DNA of 64,000 nt from Eledone cirrhosa (lineage: Eukaryota). How positions within the stretch are numbered: position 1 is the first letter of the stretch; each line of letters opens with the position of its first letter. Where the stretch lies: assembly GCA_964016885.1 (NCBI GenBank), contig OZ024742.1, positions 26,970,001-27,034,000 on the forward strand, given 5' to 3'. The notes below the pieces were generated by a model. It saw only the letters and a list, made by a program, of their open reading frames with translations. It did no database searches and had not been told where the DNA came from. Shown here one piece after another: positions 17,201-31,469 of the stretch. A program made the position numbers and the translations under genes.

Positions 17201-18319
17201 ATATGTTCAGGAATGAACGTGGGCTGTGCAGAAACCAGGAATCGGATTAATTCTCTTAGAAAAGACTAAACTCCTTATTAGTTACTCGAGCACCAGGTAC
17301 TGACTTTGACCATAATGTATAAGTCAATCAGCCTGTAAATGATTAGCAGTATCGATAGAGCGTCAGACAAAATGATATTAAGTTACCTTTCCTTACGTTA
17401 AAGTTTACCCTTCAAGGGCCGACCCCTTAAAACACCAGTCAAGTACTGATGCCGATATAATCGATTACAATTTCCTATCATACAGATTGAGGTCTTGTAC
17501 GAATCTTCGAAATCAATGTATTCTTATTTCCATTCATCATATATCCTTCTTTAGATCATAACTCGAGGCTTCACAGCTCATAAGATGCTGCTCTTTCAAC
17601 ACGTGACAACTTACAAACGTGTTAACCGAAAGCAATGATCGATTAGTAGAAGAAAGTATTAGTTAAAAACCTGTTTAATTAAAGTACAACAATTTTCTGC
17701 CTTCTAATGATAGACTACAATTACTCACCTACTTTAGGCTGGCATACAATATAAAACCAATTTACTTAAATCTCAATAGCTTGGAGGAGGTGACTTTAGA
17801 TAGCATCATCACATCTTCTTCTTCTATTCAGACAACTTACGTTGCAGTCTTTGATTGATTACTTACATACGTAGCAATCCTAGCAGATACATTGTTACAC
17901 TTCAGCTCGAATATGGTTGGTGCTTCTTTACACTGTGAGGGAGTCTGAAATCTCATTGGCTCATACAAACACAGGTGTAAAAAGTAAGTAAGCAGACGTA
18001 CCTACATCTTACTTCTCAACGTTGATGTATATAATAAAGGCGGGGAACAAACACTGGAATAATATCTTCTACGTAGCAATAAATATTATGTTGGTGTAGC
18101 ATTACGTTTGGAGCAGATAAATATATCGCTCTTACAGACACGAATACACACACATACACACACACACACATTCTCTTGTAACCACACAAACGTACGTAGA
18201 CGCAGACGAAGTCAAACACACGGACCTGCGCCTGTGCAAACGCACACAGATAAGTACGCATATAGGTGTGTATGAGTGTGCATATATATATATATATAAT
18301 GCCAGCACCAACAGTTTTG

Positions 18320-18716
<397 letters not shown>

Positions 18717-18761
18717 GTTTGTGTGTCTGTATTAACTATATATATGCATAATGAAGAAGAC

Positions 18762-19025
18762 TAGTATCTTAGTCGTTAGTGTTTTCGATTCACATTTGTG
18801 AGGTTGTGAGCTCCCGGAGAGGGCTATGCCTTTTGTCCTTAAACAAGACACTTTATTTCACCTTACTCCTGTTCACTCAGCTGTATAAATTGTTTGCGTC
18901 GTCACTGATCACAAGCTCTATCTGTCTTTGTATTTCCCTTGGACAACAACGGTGGCGTGGAGAAAGGTTACTGACATCCATGGATGACTGCGGGTTTTCC
19001 ACAAAATCCTATTGCCCGAGGTTCT
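18762..19025 (+). mobile_element. tRNA-headed SINE (family S2), diverged
   Basis: Shares aagacactttatttca...ttcactcagctg with 16428-16572. Confidence 0.6.
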
Positions 19026-19749
19026 ATCGCAGAGCAAAATCCATGTTCATTCTTAATCGAAGGTTTTCTTTTACTACTTCAACGTCTATATAACGCCGTG
19101 ACTGAGTTATATTATCAAATGCCAAGGGCAAGAAAATGACGGGCTGTGTTTTTCACTAGAAACGTACGGAATGAGTAAGCAGAGATTGTGTAGAAGAGAC
19201 GGATGGTGTACCAAGTAACTGCTACTTTTAGAGTTTTCACAGTATCTCCCTCAAAGCATAACTAATTCCTTAAATAACAGAAGAACACATGATATGATGA
19301 CAAGATTCTGACACTAACCATATTTCTTTGAAAAATACATATATCAACTATTATAATTTCTCGAAATCTACCGCAGTGTGAGTATCTGGACGGCTGTGCT
19401 ACGTCCGGGGCGAAAACAGCACTGTCCATCAGTTAGTTTTCACTCGACTATCTCCCTGCAACTCTTTTCCAGACGCTCAGCATCGACGGGAAGCTTAAAA
19501 ATTGCGATTATTACTCCCAATTGCCATTGGTTAGGTGTCTTTCCAGAGATCCAGGCCACCCGGGATACAAAAGTAAGCTTTCTTTTGGAGGAGTTGGAGA
19601 TAGTTAGTTCTGACACGGCCCGCTGGAAGGAGGGTTTGAGGACTCTGACCCCTCGACCCTCTCAGAAATAAGTGGATGAAGAAGAAGAACTATTATTTTA
19701 TTATGGAATTTTTCTCGAACATGGGAATTCTGAATGAATGATTAAAAGA

Positions 19750-19886
19750 TTGGCTTTGCAGTCATTATGAACCTAGTTCGATCCTACTGCGTAGCATCTT
19801 AATCATGTCATATTTGGCATAGCCACAGATGGAGCTGTGCCTTGTGAAATAAATTTGGTAGTGGGAAACTATATACAAGCCCATCA
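19750..19886 (+). mobile_element. Degenerate SINE (third family)
   Basis: B-box-like agttcgatcc and tail gccttgtga...tttggtag...ggaaact...aagccc, recalled as resembling octopus SINE tails; not verified by search. Confidence 0.4.
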
Positions 19887-20261
19887 GACAGATTATAATT
19901 TAAACCAATATGTCATACAATGTCACAATCAGTCTCACTGAGAATTAAGGGTATACGTGTCTGTAGAACGCCCAACAACATACATCAGCAGACAGTTCCG
20001 CGGACTGAAAAACTGGACCATTCATTGTCGAATATACCGGATATCCATCGCAGTATCTACCCTAATGTTATCACTAGATTAAATATTATATGCATGGTTG
20101 CAGAATGGCAAAAATAGAGCGTCGGATAAAATGCCAAGCGGCATTTATTTTGAGTCATTAAATTTTCAAATATTACCTGAGTCAACTTTGATACTTATCT
20201 CTAAGGAGTGGATAAAATAAATTACCTGTCTGAAAAAATAAAGTACCAGTCAATTACTAGG

Positions 20262-20645
20262 GGATAAGCAAATACAAGGGATTGTTTGGCTGATTTCTCT
20301 TCGCACTCGTCGCCGTCTAAACCTCAGGTGTACTTGAACCCCGTACTGCCGAGCTCCTCCGCAAGATTGGAAGGAGCCCCCGAGGTGGGGTTGCTGTTGC
20401 AACGGGTGCCGCTGGCCATTGTCCGCGGGAATACATTTGCGGCATTTGCGTGGCGCAGTACCATTGCCACCTCGGCCTAGGCCCAGAAACATCCACCAAC
20501 CCCGCTCACCCTTACTATTCTTCTGTGTAACTAGAGCCCTTGCTTTTCCCTCTTTTTTCCGTTTTTTTAAATTATTTTCTTATTTTACACTCCATTCTTC
20601 ATTCTCAATCTATTTTTTTTTTCTTTTTCTATTAAATTGTTATTG
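20262..20645 (+). pseudogene. 3' fragment of a CRE-clade (RLE-type) non-LTR retrotransposon inserted in a SINE S1 copy
   Basis: ORF 20286-20480 has LLQRVPLAIVRGN, resembling the QRLS(I/L)AI(Q/V)RGN C-terminal motif of CRE-clade elements. The fragment is GC-rich. SINE halves flank it (aaagtaccag at 20240; gctggccttgtgc at 20687). Confidence 0.55.
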
Positions 20646-20984
20646 CTGTGGTTGATTTAATCAAGGCTGCACTTTCCCCCAAAAGTGCTGGCCTTGTGCA
20701 TAACTTAGTAAGCGATAGATTCTATACGTTATAAGCCATTATTAAGTATCGATTCAAAATATGAAAAACTGTTTACCTTACTTCAAATAAAGATGCCATA
20801 TATAGAGAATGATGTTAGATGATGTGTATCACCTTCTGTCAATGTTCTGCAATGTTACATACATACCTTAGAAATCTGAAGAGATGTGATGAAAGTGATA
20901 GAAGCTCAAACCTTTGATATGAAAGGAAAAATAGAATTCCGCACGTTTAATCGACAGAAGCTTGTGGAATAATAATTACCGTCC

Positions 20985-23080
<2,096 letters not shown>

Positions 23081-23699
23081 TATGCCTAAAATCAAACAGA
23101 CATATAAACGCTCTTAAACACATATACGAATGCATATATATAAGATGAATTAAAGGGTATGCACATATGTATATGTGTGTGTATAAGTATATATATTATA
23201 TAAGTATATTTGAATAGTGAAAAGGAAAATATTTATTTACATCGATACACACCAAGTAAATACAATATATGCAAACATATATACATATGCTTGTGTTTGC
23301 ACAGATATATATTTTTGTTTTCACATAAATACAACATAAATTCTCATGTATGCATACATGCATACATTGATATCTATGCAAATATACAGATATTATTGCA
23401 CTGACATATATAACTGCATAGGTACATACATAGATTGATATATACATACATAAGTGCGTAGATACATACATAAATATATAAGCACGTTGATACATAGATA
23501 CATACATACGTACATAACTGCATATATACATACATAAATTCATATACCAATGCTCACATACATAAGCGCATAGACTCATGCGCGCATACATAAGCGCATA
23601 GACACAAGCATACATACATAAGTGCATATGCACAAGTACATATACATAAGCTCAGAGACACCAGGACACATTATTAAGCGCCTTAAGCGCATACAGACA

Positions 23700-24551
23700 T
23701 GCATACACACATAAATACATACCTACGTACATACCTACATAAATACATACCTACCAACATACATATATACATACATAAATAACTACCTACCTACGTACAT
23801 ATATACATACATACATCAATATATACCTACCTACATACATACATACGTACATACATAAATATATACCTACCTCCCAACATACATATATACATACATAAAT
23901 TCGTACCTACCTATGTACATATATACATACATACATACATACATAAATACATACCTACCCACCTACATACATACATAAATATATACCTACCTACCAACAT
24001 ACACACATACATACATACATACATAAATATATACCTACCTACATACACACATACATACATACATACATAAATATATACCTACCTACCAACATACACACAT
24101 ACATACATACATAAATATATACCTACCTACCAACATACACACATACATACATACATAAATATATACCTACCAACATACACACATACATACATACATAAAT
24201 ATATACCTACCTACCTACATACGTACATACATACATACATAAATATATACCTACCTACCAACATACGTACATACATACATACATACATACATATATACCT
24301 ACCTACCAACATACACACATACATACATACATAAATATATACCTACCAACATACACACATACATACATACATAAATATATACCTACCTACCAACATACAC
24401 ACATACATACATACATAAATATATACCTACCTACCAACATACACACATACATACATAAATAAATATATACCTACCTACCTACATACGTACATACATACAT
24501 ACATAAATATATACCTACCTACCAACATACGTACATACATACATACATACA

Positions 24552-24585
<34 letters not shown>

Positions 24586-24707
24586 CCTACCTACCAACAT
24601 AGATACATACTTAAATACGTACCTACCTACGTACATACATACATACATACCTACATACCTACATGCATACATACATACATGCATACATACATACATACAT
24701 ACATACA

Positions 24708-24738
<31 letters not shown>
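23700..24738. repeat. Compound (TACA)n/(TACC)n minisatellite
   Basis: Recurrent aaatatatacctacctaccaacatacacacatacatac units. Confidence 0.9.
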
Positions 24739-24740
<2 letters not shown>

Positions 24741-25107
24741 CGATTAATACGATCAATTGAGAAAATTTTAAAATAGTGTGAATGCTGAAGGTGAAGTCAA
24801 GACGTCTGTATGTGAAGGTAATATATCTTAGATAGGATTAAGATTAGGTAAAAAGTAAATATAGCGTTCCCAAAGCTGTAACAAACAATCGAGCTGCGCT
24901 CTAATCCGCTGAAACACTCTACATTCGGCTTCACCATTTCTAGCCGTTAAACTTGAAATTTAATGCACAACACTTTCCTCACTTTCCTCATCTTTTCAGC
25001 TGTTCTCTTTTCAATCCTTCCTTCTTTCTTTCTATTTATCTTTCATTCATTTTTCTCTTTTTCTGTCTTCCTGTCATTCTTCTTTCATCCCCCCCTCTCT
25101 CTATATA

Positions 25108-25185
<78 letters not shown>

Positions 25186-25266
25186 GGTAAACAGAAATAA
25201 CAACACAATCTGTGGAGTATATGGAAGGAATATAATAGGTTAACGCTTGCAATTGCAAGAAGAAGG

Positions 25267-25302
25267 TCTTAACGTTTCGAACGCTATTCCTTCATCAGAA
25301 GA
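25267..25302 (-). ncRNA. Minimal type-I hammerhead ribozyme, family A
   Basis: Minus strand: ucuu CUGAUGA ag gaa-uagcg-uuc GAAA cg UU aaga. Stem I is ucuu/aaga and helix III is the palindrome AACGUU. It lies in element 25181-25404, between (TG)n and (CA)n. Confidence 0.7.
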
Positions 25303-25396
25303 AAGAATGAGAAATAAGACAGATTGAAGAGACGGGCGGGGTGGAATTGGAAAACAATATCTTTAGATAAAAATAACAGGGCCATTCGTGTTGACA

Positions 25397-25495
<99 letters not shown>

Positions 25496-25663
25496 TATAG
25501 ATAGGTAAATATACACGGGTGTGTATGATTGTGTATAGAAGATTATATTAATAAGAAGAATTCCAACTTTGTCTGATTTACTCCTTTTATTTACAATCCT
25601 TTAAAATATATAATGGTATTATAATGAAATAGTATGATAGAATATTAAATTCTAAGTGTTAAT

Positions 25664-25702
25664 TGAACAAGTACTTTCATGCTTTCGCAATCTTCAGGTT
25701 CA
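25664..25702 (-). ncRNA. Minimal type-I hammerhead ribozyme, family B (minus arm)
   Basis: ugaac CUGAAGA uugc-gaaa-gcau GAAA guac UU guuca; 5-bp stem I and helix III palindrome AAGUACUU. Confidence 0.8.
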
Positions 25703-25775
25703 TAATGTGTGGTGACAGTCGAGTTTGCAATTTTCAACAGTTGAAAATTGCAAACTCGACTGTCACCACATACTA

Positions 25776-25814
25776 TGAACCTGAAGATTGCGAAAGCATG
25801 AAAGTACTTGTTCA
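25776..25814 (+). ncRNA. Minimal type-I hammerhead ribozyme, family B (plus arm)
   Basis: tgaac CTGAAGA ttgcgaaagcat GAAA gtac TT gttca; all core nucleotides present. Confidence 0.8.
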
Positions 25815-25926
25815 ATTAACACTTAGAATTTAATATTCTATCATACTATTTCATTATAATACCATTATATATTTTAAAGGATTGTAAATAAAAGGAGTAA
25901 ATCAGACAAAGTTGGAATTCCTCTTA

Positions 25927-25963
<37 letters not shown>

Positions 25964-26129
25964 AATCTAGCCAATGGAGGCCTGTTACTACAATCGTCAG
26001 AACATGAATCATATCAGTGCTTTAACAAAAAGGATATTCTACATAAAAACGAAAGTGAATGTTGTTGTTGACAGTGGTGATGATTTTAATGATGGTTGTT
26101 GTTGTTGATGTGCTAGTTGTTGTAATAAT

Positions 26130-26317
26130 TGTTTCTACTTTTGTCACAAGGCCAGCAATTATCCCAGTGTATTACTGGTACTTTATTTTATCGACCCCGT
26201 AAGGATGGAAGGCAAAGTTAACCTCGGCGAGATTTGAACTCAGAATGGCAAGGGCCGTAACTCTATGCGTCAAAGCATGGTGTCAGACCCTCTACCGGTA
26301 CTGCCAATCCACCACCC
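26130..26317 (-). mobile_element. SINE S1 with 17-bp TSD
   Basis: Matches other S1 copies; TSD ctagttgttgtaataat at 26113-26129 and 26318-26334. Confidence 0.9.
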
Positions 26318-26339
26318 CTAGTTGTTGTAATAATGTAAA

Positions 26340-26572
26340 AGGAAGCCGAGCACTGTTAGCTGCCGAGCCACTGCATCCTTTAAAACCTCCATGCTTCCTG
26401 AAATAAATTCGCCAACACTATACCTGATATCCACCCTCCATACACATGTACACATGTATATCAGGGCTCATACACTGTTCGTTTTCCTGACATGTGTACA
26501 TTATTATATGTACTATACATGCACCTTTGATGTGTTGTAGTGCACCTGAGCACTGTACACAATAATTTCATT
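26340..26572 (+). mobile_element. 3' end of a CR1-type LINE
   Basis: Reads ...VSCRATASFKTSMLPEI followed by a 3'UTR; homologous to 48086-48323. The clade call is from resemblance to CR1 ORF2 C-termini. Confidence 0.55.
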
Positions 26573-27049
26573 TGGAAACTCTGCTTCGAAGAATCGAGAC
26601 GTATCTGAGGATCTTGCGATTTCAGAGTCAAGTTCGATCATTGCTTCGATCGTGCCTTGAGCTGGTCGCCAGAGAAATGATTGTAATATGTCTAATAACA
26701 TTTAATTCGTCGACCCACTGATTCTCCGTATCTTATGTGATATATATATATATATATTTCAAGAAATCCTTATTTATATAAGTATTTAAATTGTATTAGC
26801 CTATGAACTTTTGTCAATCTATGTACTTTCCAGCCGACCCTTGTATGTACACACACATATCTCTACAAATGCAACACCATTGGATTCAATTCAGACAACC
26901 TCTGTTAGGTTTTCTTCCTTTTTAAAAGATTTGTCATCATTTTCCTTATTTTTTCTACCAACATTTATCTCCCTTTTCTCCCACAGCTGTGTTGTCCTTG
27001 CCACCGATATTATTGATATATCGTACACTTTCATCTCCCATAATATATA

Positions 27050-27128
27050 TGGGGTGTCCCCAAAAATGTATACACACTTCAACAGCATTCTAAGAAATAT
27101 TTGTATACATTTTTTGGAGTATACTCTG
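27050..27128. mobile_element. Short Tc1/mariner-type MITE
   Basis: Imperfect TIRs ggggtgtccccaaaaatgtatac / gtatacattttttggagtatactctg with TA flanks; related to 30128-30220. Confidence 0.55.
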
Positions 27129-27443
27129 TATATATATATATATATATATATATTTTTTCTGTTCAAAGTGAAGAAAAAAATCAGTTGTTTTCCAAAACCG
27201 TCAAATTCTACATCAGAGAAAATAAAATAAAATAACTCCCGTTTTACTATTTATGATTTACTGACTTTAATATTTTGAACGTATAGTTTACATATATGTT
27301 TTACAAATTTATTTTTCATATCACGTGATTAGCAAGTGTTCATATATGGTCTGCAGGAATGGAATGCATGACGTATTTGATTCACGAGGGATATTACTTG
27401 CGTTACAGTATAAATGGATATGTGTTTTATCAAGTGACATATA

Positions 27444-27514
<71 letters not shown>

Positions 27515-28419
27515 TTCTATGTTCACATAAATACAACATGAATTCTCATGTATGCATACATTCACACATTCATATCTATGCAAATAAACACATATTATTG
27601 CACTGACATACATAAGTGCATAGATACATACACAAATATATAAGCACGTAGATACATAGATACATACATACGTACATAACTGCATATACACCAGTACACA
27701 TACATAAGTACATATACACAAGTACACATACATAAGTGCATATACACAAGAACACATACATAAGCGCATATACACATGCACACATAAATAAGCATGTAGA
27801 AGACCACGCCACCTAGCTTTGACTTTGGAGGCAGTCGATTAACTGCCCTTAGTTCTGAGGTCACGTTCTGACGTCAGTAGCTGAATACACACTCTAGGAC
27901 TTTGTCTCTTGAGGCGAACAGACGTGTTTCACTGTAACAAAACAGCGATATTGCACCACGCGGTCACGGGATATTTGAACAACGCCACGAAATGATAATT
28001 ACGAATTACCAATCATGGAGCAACTGATATGATAAACTCTTTTGTTTATTGCTCTGATTAAAATGCTCATGTACATATAATCTCGAGGTATGTTCTTTTT
28101 GCATAATTGTTTACCTAAAACTAACAACAAATAGAAGAGGTTATCTAGCAGCCAAGCTAGGGAAACGAACTCCCCTCTAAATCGTAAAACAACGCAGCCT
28201 TCTAAAGTTGGTGACTATCTCTCCTAAAAGCGCATACAGACCTGGGTACATACATAAATACCTACCTACCTACATACATACATGCATACATACATAAATA
28301 CATGCATACATACCTACATACATACATATATGCATACATATATGCATTCATACATACATCCATATATCGATTAATACGATCAATTGAGAACATTTTTCAG
28401 GTGAAGTCAAGAAGTCTGT

Positions 28420-28484
<65 letters not shown>

Positions 28485-28554
28485 ACAGTAACGAAGATCG
28501 CTGGTATTAAGTCAACTTCCTCCGGTCAACGTCTAGCTGACTGCCGAATTGCAG

Positions 28555-28618
<64 letters not shown>

Positions 28619-28734
28619 TTAATAAGCTATTATAACTAATAAGCTCTGTAACTTACATAGAGCACTCTTTTTTCCTGGACGTTTCCGACGGAATTACTTC
28701 ATTCATATATATATATATATATATATACATATGC

Positions 28735-28790
<56 letters not shown>

Positions 28791-29757
28791 AATAAGTGAG
28801 TATCTAGAGTTACGGGCGGTTCCCCCTTCTAGTACTCATGGCTCTTACAAGATCACTCTCGTTTTGGGGTGTATTCCAGATTTACCGCAGATGTAGTATG
28901 CAGACTTTTAAAAAAGTAAGTACGATCGAAGTAATTGTTGTCGCAAATATATAAACATTGTTCACATATTAGAATCGTTTCAATATCGACGAGCTCAGTG
29001 CACGAATTTTGAATGCGTCGTTGCGCATATAAACTCGCATATCTGATGATATGTCGAGTAAGAGTCTGGCACTGGTCATTTTAATTGTTCGCTGAGCTGA
29101 TCGATATTGAAACGATTGTAATATGCGAAGAACGGTTATATATATATGCTCCACCAACAATGATGTCCATCCTCCTTATTGGGTATGTATGTAACTGTGT
29201 GTTTGTGTCAAAATGTAATAAATGTTTATGTGAACCAATGTCTGTGCCTATCTGTATGTGAATATATATATATGAAGTAGTAGAGAGCAGTATTGCCTCA
29301 ACTCACTGTTAACCCAGCAACATGTTATAAGCCATAGGTTATTCACACCTATTTAATAAACTGGCCAATTTATGCTCTGTACATGTTCATTACTTTTATA
29401 ACATAAGGCTAATAGAAACCATTGACCAAATATAAACGCCTCACGAAGGGAATGAAATAACAATACGTGCTGCTAGTCTGTCCCTATTTCACTTTGTATA
29501 ATAATGTTGTTGTATTTATTGTTGCTGTTAGTGTATGTATTTATTATTATTTCAAATATGTACCAATGAATTCATCTGTAATCCGTCAAACATGTATTTA
29601 GCAATCACTATAATCCTTCCAGTTGCGTTTCTCACACGATTTCTGTTCAGTCATCAATTATGTAGTAAGAATTCTTTGCCAATTTATCTGCAAGAACTAC
29701 AACGTTTCTCAAGAAGTGACTGTTAAGAAACCAATGCCAACTTTTAAATATTATTTC

Positions 29758-29922
29758 CAGGGTCGGACGCCATGCTTTGGTGCAAAGAGTTACGTCCTTT
29801 TATGGTCTGAGTTCAAATCCCGCCGAAGTTAACTTTGCCTTTCATCCTTACGGGGTCGATAAAATAAAGTATCAGTAATACACTGGGTAATTGCTGGCCT
29901 TTTGGCAAAAGTAGAAACAATC
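29758..29922 (+). mobile_element. SINE S1
   Basis: ctgagttcaaatcccgccgaagttaactttgcctttcatccttacggggtcgataaaataaagt. Confidence 0.9.
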
Positions 29923-29953
29923 ACTAAACCCAATAATACCTATATTTATGTAC

Positions 29954-30027
<74 letters not shown>

Positions 30028-30127
30028 TTATTTATTTATATACAAGTGGATAGATGCTGTGCTGAATAGGACCCGTCCCACCCTTGCAAGCAGGGAAAAG
30101 CAGACGTAAAATGATGATGATGATATG

Positions 30128-30220
30128 CAGGGTGTCCCAAAGATTATACAGCAGGCACTCTAATGAATATTGTCTTTAAGGGTAATCAAATCGTGTATAC
30201 ATTTTTTGGGGGACACCGTG
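30128..30220. mobile_element. Short Tc1/mariner-type MITE
   Basis: cagggtgtcccaaa ... ttttttgggggacaccgtg followed by TA. Confidence 0.6.
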
Positions 30221-30231
30221 TATATATATAT

Positions 30232-30755
30232 ACTTTCATTTATTATGGCCAAGCAGTGAGTCTTGTTACTCTGGAGTTACACCTGCGCGCTCACAGGACA
30301 CCAGCATTTTCATCATTTCTAAAAATAGCAAAATTGATGCTTTAGTTAGGGTCAATTAGTAGTCCTTAGATATGCTCAACCAACTGTGATGCTTAAACCA
30401 ATCAGCTTTAGTAATCCAGTGAAACTACACACCGATTAGTCGAAATACAGTTTGCAACATTTAGCATTCTGTAGCCACTTTTCACTGTATATAAAGCACA
30501 AAATTCACCCATCTCATTACAGTTGAAAATTGTAAATTTAACTGTCACCACAGAATATGAATCGGAAGATTGCGAAAGCATGAAAGTATTTGTTCAATTA
30601 ACACTTAACATTTAATATTCTACCATACTATTTCATTCTAATACCATTATAAATGTTAAAGGATTGTAAATAAAACGAGTAAATCAGACAAAGTTGGAAT
30701 TCCTTTTATTAATATAATCTTCTATACACAATCATACGCACCCGTGTATATTTAT
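30232..30755 (+). mobile_element. Non-palindromic, 5'-longer copy of hammerhead family B; hammerhead degenerate
   Basis: 30518-30755 matches the B arm. The motif at 30558-30596 has CGGAAGA in place of CTGAAGA. The upstream boundary is inferred from the flanking (TA)n. Confidence 0.7.
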
Positions 30756-30784
30756 ATATATATCTATCTATCTATCTATCTATC

Positions 30785-30816
<32 letters not shown>

Positions 30817-30868
30817 TATAAATATACATATATTTATATATGTGTATATATAAATATATATATTTATT

Positions 30869-30925
<57 letters not shown>

Positions 30926-31358
30926 TTCTGTGTCAGTTAGACAGTGATGTTTCACACAATTCAGGCGAGACAGGAGCCATGAACTTTTCAGAGCACCAGA
31001 AGACGGAACTACGTCGTCATAAGGTTGTTTACCAGCTGGCTCATCTTCATTTTGACACTAAATCATGCACACTCAAATGTGCCTATATATATATATATAT
31101 ATATATATATGTAGATAAATCTACCAAGAGTCTGAAGACGGCGTATATGTGTGTTTGGTATGTATATTTAATCTTGATAGTTTGTATAATTTTGTATAAT
31201 TTTGTACATAGATCTGTTGAATATGCATGCCAATTCTAACACATATATATCCTAGAAACGATCGTTAAATAATGAACTTTTTTTGTTTAATATAAGGAAC
31301 TGTTTCATTGTTTTATTCATTATTTGTTTAATATTTTATATATATATATATATATATA

Positions 31359-31414
31359 ACTGCCTGATGAGTTCATAGCAATTCAATGGCTATCATCGAA
31401 ATATATATAGCAGT
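31359..31414 (+). ncRNA. Type-I hammerhead ribozyme, family C (solo PLE 3' terminus 31359-31460)
   Basis: actgc CTGATGA g..atagc-aattcaatg-gctat..c GAAA tatata TA gcagt; stem I actgc/gcagt. Near-identical to 57670-57769. Confidence 0.8.
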
Positions 31415-31469
31415 AAATAAAGGATTATGAGTTCATGCAATTGACTTATGTTTCGTCACTATATATATA

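Larger units (their letters stand above)
25497..25934. mobile_element. Fold-back palindromic hammerhead element, family B
   Basis: Near-perfect inverted repeat 25544-25738 / 25740-25934 with a 1-nt spacer, flanked by (TA)n. Homologs at 30518-30755 and 59861-60325. Confidence 0.9.

Noticed and set aside
19378-19690. Possible RTE-type LINE 3' remnant ending in (GAA)n
   Set aside because: No clear protein motif could be read
20872-20905. CTGAAGA...GAAA string, and a possible minus-strand small exon nearby
   Set aside because: No stems for a ribozyme; splice-like signals alone, without homology or transcript evidence, are insufficient
31210-31272. CTGTTGA...GAAAcgatcgTT with a palindromic helix III
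   Set aside because: The core is mutated and stems I and II do not pair; at most a relic
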